This document shows, piece after piece, positions 57,677-64,000 of a DNA stretch of 64,000 nucleotides; position 1 is the first letter of the stretch, and the number at the start of each line of letters is the position of its first letter. This stretch comes from Neocallimastix sp. 'constans'. Taxonomy: Eukaryota. A program made the position numbers and the translations under genes. The notes beneath the pieces are model-generated. The model saw nothing but the letters and a program-made list of their open reading frames with translations, ran no database searches and was not told where the DNA came from. Where the stretch lies: contig JBODTK010000124.1 in assembly GCA_050613775.1 (NCBI GenBank), forward strand, positions 248,001 through 312,000, given 5' to 3'.

Positions 57677-57955
57677 TGAATGAAAGTGATCTTATGGACA
57701 GTTCTAAAAAAAAAAATAAAAAATAAAAAAAAAATTGTTACAGGAAAATTCCAAGAAACTCGATTTTGATGTGTAAAGAAAAAGATTCTAAATTGAAAGA
57801 TGATCTGGAATCAAATACAACTGATTTATTGAATTATATTAATAATAAGGATATTAAGAACATTGAAATTAATTTTTGTAAAATAAAAATACTGATATTA
57901 ATAAATATGATAAAGGTGGATGGTATCCTATTTTAAGAACATGTAATTACAGTAT
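57677..57955 (+). pseudogene. Degraded ankyrin-protein gene fragment
   Basis: Frameshifted pieces MCKEKDSKLKDDLESNTTDLLNYINNKDIKNIEINF and NTDINKYDKGGWYPILRTCNY; the latter matches the ankyrin 'dIN..D..G.yPl' pattern. Confidence 0.45.
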
Positions 57956-58173
57956 TATGATATTTAGACTGACTGTTATATATAAATATATATTATTATA
58001 TTATAATATATAGAAATAAAAATAAAAAATATACTAATAAAATAAAATAGTGAAAAAATTAATAGTATTAAATATATATATAATGATATATATAATGATA
58101 AATGAAAAATATAAAAAAAGTATCTATTTGCTTTTATATCTATTTAAATGTGAATAAATTATATAATTTATGT

Positions 58174-58205
<32 letters not shown>

Positions 58206-58262
58206 GGAATTAATAAAAAAAATAAAATAAAAATATCAAAAAGATTATATTTACATGATCTA

Positions 58263-58305
<43 letters not shown>

Positions 58306-58343
58306 TATATATATATATATATTAATAGAAATAGGAATGATTT

Positions 58344-58375
<32 letters not shown>

Positions 58376-58434
58376 TATTAAAAAAATATTTTACTAGGTC
58401 ATAAAATAGTAAACTTTATAAATATTTATATAAA

Positions 58435-58487
<53 letters not shown>

Positions 58488-58586
58488 TTATACAATAAAT
58501 ATATTGAAAATAAATTATGAATGTTTAGTATTAAATTATATATTGTTTGTTTGTTTGCTTCCTGCTTTTATTTGTTGTTTGTCGAT

Positions 58587-58682
<96 letters not shown>

Positions 58683-58749
58683 TTTACATATTATTTTTTA
58701 AATATTTTTTTCTATTTTTTATGGTTTCTTTTTTTTTTTTTTTTTTGTA

Positions 58750-61065
58750 TTAATTAATGAATCCTAACAGATTATTAATTTTTTTACCTATGTCTGTATA
58801 GGAATTATTATTATTATTATAATTGTAATTACGATTAATATTGTATAGGGATTGACCTTGATTATTTCGATTATTAATATCGGCTCCACAATCAATTAAA
58901 TATTTTACCATTTGATCATTATTGGTACTGATAGCATAGGTCAGCGGAGTATTTCCAAATTCATTTTTAAAATTAATATTAGCATTACATTCCACTAAAT
59001 ATTTTACAATATCCATTTCTCCCAATCCAATGGCCTTCATTAATACAGTGATATAACTGGTTTTGATCAAATGATTGATATTTGCTCCATTTTCAATAAG
59101 TAATTTTATGATGGGTAAAGATTTCATTTGAATAGCATAGACCAATGAGGTATTTTCATCTTTATCAACAAAATTCACATTAGCTCCCTTCTTTATCATT
59201 TTTTTAATAATATGCTTTTTCTCATCCAAATTAAAATGACTAGATTTGATAATGGTAATGAGTGGGGTTTCTCCTTTTGAATTTGGTATATTTAATTCAA
59301 TATTAACTTTATTACGTAAAAGAAGATCTAAAAATCGATAACCTTTAGAAATGACAAGATCCATGGCAGATTTTCCTGATGAGTATCTAATATTGACATT
59401 GACACCACTACTAATTAAATATTCTATGGTTTCAATATCCTCTTTAAGTATAGCATAGTAGAGAAGATCATTTCCATTAGAATCCCTGACATTAATATCT
59501 AAATATTTTACAAGAAATTTAAATATTTCATGATACTCTAATCGATAGGCAAGAATTAATGGAGTATTTCCATTCATATCCATAATATTCATATTAATTC
59601 CATATTTTAATCCGTATCGAAGGAATAGAATAACAATATTAATATTATTTTTTTTAATCGCTTTAATTAATGGATAATTATCATTAGTATCTCTTTCATT
59701 AATATTTACCCTCTTTTTTAAGAGACATTTAATATACTTAATATTATCCGTTTCGTCGATAGCTAAAGATAATAAGGGATTTCCATTTCCTTTAATATTA
59801 CAATCCGCACCACGTGATAACAAATATTGAAATATTTCCAAGTTACCATCATAGAACGCTGTTATGAGAGGATATTCATCATTGATATCTTTGACATTAA
59901 TATCAATATAGGGTTTATAATTTTCTCCTTCCAGTAGATACTTCAATAAATCTAAATTTCTAATTTTAATGGCCATATTAATAATGAAATTTAGGTAATG
60001 AACATCATATTTCTTAAAAGAAAATTCATGATTATGATGAGTAGAAGAATATATAGTGGAGGGAGAAGTAGGAGAGGAAGGTAAAGTAGGTGAATTAGGT
60101 GAAAAGGAGGTAAATGTAGAATTAGAGGTAGAGTTCGAGGTTGATAATGATAAATAAGATTTTTCACTTTCATAACTATCGATGGAGGCTTCAATTAATT
60201 GTTGAATCATTCTCATATTTTTATTTTTACTAGCTTCAATTAATATTTTTTTAGAGTTTATATTTTTATGAAAATTGAAACGTTCATACTTTAAAATTAT
60301 ATTCAGAAAACCTTCATCATTTGCTCTCACGGCTTTTTCTAATAGATCATATTTATTAACTTTGTAGAAGAGACTATCCTGCTCTCCTTCGTCATTTTCA
60401 AATAAAATTTTGAAAGCCCCACAATTATCCTTTGCTGCAGCCTTATCATACATTTCATTAGTGATAGCGATTCTTTTTTTTTCTTTCATGACTATATCCA
60501 TTATTTGTTGATCGGTTAAACATTCTCTATTCTTATAAATTTTAAGTAGACTCAAAATAAATTCATTATTAAAGAGATAAAATTCAAAGATACGATTCAA
60601 TACAAAATTATTTTTAGTTTCTATTAGTTCATTAATTAAGTAAGTTGTAATATTTCTGATATTAAATCCATTATACAAAATATAATTTAAATTTTTTGAA
60701 TTAAGCATATTAATTTTGAAGAGATAATAAATGATATCATATTGATTAATATTAGCTTTATGTTGAATTAAAAGGTCAGCAATCTCAAAATTATTATTAA
60801 GAATGGCGGAAATTAAGGGAACTTTTTGTCGATTGTTTTCATTAATTACATAATTATAGGTAGAGTATTGATTTTGATCTATAATAAATTTAATTATATC
60901 CAAAGAGACATTTTTTTCTATTGTGTACATTAAAATATCAAATTCTTCATTATTCAAATCCTTTAAAACAATATCATTTTCCTTAATATATCTTTCAAAT
61001 TCTTCCACATTATTTCTCTTAATAATTTCAATTAAATCTTCTCTCTGTTCCTTAATAGTATCCAT
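58750..61065 (-). CDS. Ankyrin-repeat protein, ~771 aa (start MDTIKEQ at 61065), paralog of 50698-53187; intronless
   Basis: Colinear similarity to the neighbouring gene (EIIK.NN..E..KYI.ENDI.L..L....FDIL.Y.IE; GNTP..LAY; YLDIN.KD) and many ankyrin repeats. The first ATG is at 61063-61065; the upstream extension in the ORF track is low-complexity. Confidence 0.92.
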   Translation of the reverse strand: MDTIKEQREDLIEIIKRNNVEEFERYIKENDIVLKDLNNEEFDILMYTIEKNVSLDIIKFIIDQNQYSTYNYVINENNRQKVPLISAILNNNFEIADLLIQHKANINQYDIIYYLFKINMLNSKNLNYILYNGFNIRNITTYLINELIETKNNFVLNRIFEFYLFNNEFILSLLKIYKNRECLTDQQIMDIVMKEKKRIAITNEMYDKAAAKDNCGAFKILFENDEGEQDSLFYKVNKYDLLEKAVRANDEGFLNIILKYERFNFHKNINSKKILIEASKNKNMRMIQQLIEASIDSYESEKSYLSLSTSNSTSNSTFTSFSPNSPTLPSSPTSPSTIYSSTHHNHEFSFKKYDVHYLNFIINMAIKIRNLDLLKYLLEGENYKPYIDINVKDINDEYPLITAFYDGNLEIFQYLLSRGADCNIKGNGNPLLSLAIDETDNIKYIKCLLKKRVNINERDTNDNYPLIKAIKKNNINIVILFLRYGLKYGINMNIMDMNGNTPLILAYRLEYHEIFKFLVKYLDINVRDSNGNDLLYYAILKEDIETIEYLISSGVNVNIRYSSGKSAMDLVISKGYRFLDLLLRNKVNIELNIPNSKGETPLITIIKSSHFNLDEKKHIIKKMIKKGANVNFVDKDENTSLVYAIQMKSLPIIKLLIENGANINHLIKTSYITVLMKAIGLGEMDIVKYLVECNANINFKNEFGNTPLTYAISTNNDQMVKYLIDCGADINNRNNQGQSLYNINRNYNYNNNNNSYTDIGKKINNLLGFIN

Positions 61066-63587
61066 AGTAATTATTCTTATAATTAAATATAAAACTCTAT
61101 AAATATTTATAAAATATATATATATGTACAAAAAAAAAAAAAAAAAAAAAATATTAAGTATTTTTATTATAAAAAAACAAAATTTTTTTACAAAAAATTC
61201 TTCTATTCTTATAAGATTATATATATTAAAAAAATAGTAATAATATTAAAAAACACATACATATTCATATATATTATATTTCTTTTTCAAGTTTTTATTC
61301 TATTTTTAATTTATTAATTTTATTTTATTTTATTTTATTTTATTTTTTATTTTTTCTATTTTTTAATATACTAAACTATAAAGTAAAGTTTTTTTAATAG
61401 ATATTAGCAACACGAAAAAAACTACTTATAAAGAAAAATGTTAAAAAAAAAAATTAGTATATATATTTCTTTTTTAATATTTAAGAAAAAAAACTGGGTG
61501 TTTTATATTAAATATATATTAAAAAAATTTTACATACAATTTTTTTTAATATATAAAACTTTAATAATAATAAACTTCAATTTCAAAAATTTTAAAATAT
61601 AAATAAAATTAAAAAAATATGTATGTATATTATTAAATAATATAATAAAAAAAGAAAATAAATATAAATAAATAAACAAATAAATAATATTATAAATAAA
61701 TAAAAGATGAGAAATGACATAAAAATAAACTAATAGTAAAAATTTTGATTATGATTAAATAATAAAAAAAAAAAAAAAAGATTAATTTTATTTTTAATTT
61801 AAATATATAATTTTTTTTATATAGTATATTTTTAATTTATTATATATATTTTATATATATTTTTTATATTATCATTATATATATAATGTCCTTTTTTTTT
61901 TTATCCATTCTTTATTACTATTTTTTTTTTTTTTTTACATACCCTAATATAAAAACATATAAAATAAAATAATCTATGCTTTTAAAAAAAACATAATTTT
62001 AATAATTTTTTTATTTTTTTTTTTTTTTTTAATTTTTAATTTTTAATTTTTAATTTATTAAAATAAATTAGTTTTAATTTTATTAAAAAATTTTTAATAT
62101 TTAATTATATATTAATTTAATGGAAAAGATTTAAAGACTTTAAAAAAAATATATATATACGAAATACAATTAAATACAATAAACATAATATAAATTTCAT
62201 AAATATATATATTTTTTATTTCTTTTTATAATTTTTTATATTTAAATAATATATAAACTATTGATTATTATTATTTTTTTTTAAAAATAAATAAAGATTT
62301 GTTATTATATATCTATTAAAAATATGTATCTATTATTATTTATTACACAAAGTAATAAATAATAAACATAAACAAAAAGTATTAAAATTTAAATGATAAA
62401 TTAATAAATAATATATATATATATATAATTAAAGAGTAATAAAAAAAAAAAAAAAAAAAAAAAGAAAGAGTTATGGTAGTAGTATTAATAGTACTAGTGC
62501 AATTAATAATAATGTTTAAAAGAATTAATAGATTAAAAATTACCATCAATACAAAGATTATTTTTTTATTTTATTTTTTTTTTTTTATAATTTTTTAATA
62601 TTCATTTTTTTTTTTTATATTCATTTTTTTATTATATTATTATTATTGTTATTATTTTTATTTTCAAATTTATTATTTTTACTATTTTTTTCTATAAATA
62701 TTATTTTAATATATTTATAAATGATTATTTGCTTCTACATCTAATGAAAAAAAAAAAGTGTATTTTTTTTCTTATTCATTAATAAGTTTAAATAATAATA
62801 TATTTTTTTTAATAATAATTTCTGTATCTATCAATTTTTTTAAGGAGTTACTAGCACTTAATTATTCTAAATTAAAATACTTTTATATTAATACATTGTA
62901 GCTAATATTATATTACATTATGTTTCAATACATTTAAAGTTTATTTTTCATATATTTTACATATTCTTAATATTCCCTCCTAAAACCTAGTTATTCTTTA
63001 GTGAATTAATTGATTTACTGATGAATATGTTTTTATAAAAGTACCCTATTTTTAAATATTAACTTTATATCATGAAACTAGTGGTTATTTCTATTCTAAA
63101 TTAGCTTTTGATTTTTTATAAATAAAATAATTTTTTACATTATATTAATTCTCCTAATTCGATATAAATATTGTTAAAATAATTTTTACATATAGTTGTA
63201 ATCTAAAAGATTCCCCCCTAAAACTAGGCATTTAATATTATTACACCATCAATATTGAATGTATCTAAAACATCTCATATAATATATACTTTATATGTAC
63301 CATTTATATGATGGAAATCTTTCTTTTGAAGGGTGATATATATTTACCATCTCAATTTGTGTAAATACCTCTTATATATTGGATTTCATTTCACTTTCAT
63401 TTATAGTCCATTTTGAGATGGTTTAATATTACCCTAAAATCTAAAATTTCTAAAAGGATTTTATATATTTGAATATTAATTATTGAAGTTTAATAATTAA
63501 AACTTCTTGAGTACTATACAATCAATAAGAATAGTTGTTGATGGATAAATGTGTATATGTACTTAATCTATTATTTAAATGACAGAA

Positions 63588-63626
<39 letters not shown>

Positions 63627-64000
63627 ATTTATTATTATTATTATTATTATTTATGTATTTAATATTTAATATTTATTATTATTAAATTATTTATTTTTAT
63701 TTATATATTTAATATTAATTATTACTTATTTATTATTTATTATTATTTATTTATTTTAACCTTTTCCGAAGTTAGAATCAACTTTATATTTGGTATTTTT
63801 ATACTTCTTCTATGATGATCTTTTTTCATTATAAATGAAATAATAATAAATTAAAAAAAAAAAAAAAAAAAAAAAGAGGAACAATCAATAGGTGGACTTT
63901 TATGATGGAATGGGAAAATTATTTATAAAAATGAGAAACAACAGAATGTTCAATGAAACATTAAAGAAGATAAAAAAAAACATATAATTTTATTTATTTA

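Noticed and set aside
62960..63450. Higher-complexity patch, possibly a decayed gene or transposon
   Set aside because: No open frame or motif could be identified; tBLASTx would be needed.

Overview
This is very AT-rich, microsatellite-laden eukaryotic DNA with GT-AG introns. Composition and gene content point to an anaerobic gut fungus (Neocallimastigomycota); this is an inference. The left third holds two large intron-containing signalling genes facing away from each other. One is a 7TM GPCR-like receptor with a signal peptide and large ectodomain (minus strand, running off the window edge). The other is a ~2840-aa membrane class III nucleotide cyclase with two TM bundles and two cyclase domains, whose C1/C2 catalytic roles are in the reverse order to mammalian adenylyl cyclases. 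Next is a ~1.4-kb non-coding island rich in ApT and carrying a recurrent 12-bp motif. After it come intronless, bacterial-like genes: a divergent Zn-macrodomain + class M sirtuin (SirTM) pair, a secreted alpha/beta hydrolase and a PL1 pectate lyase. These are interleaved with a decayed full-length Ty1/Copia element and a composite repeat carrying a Cys-rich pseudogene and a second Copia fragment. The right end has two paralogous ankyrin-repeat genes, a small LRR-like ORF and an ankyrin relic. Exon boundaries were read by hand, and no database searches were run.
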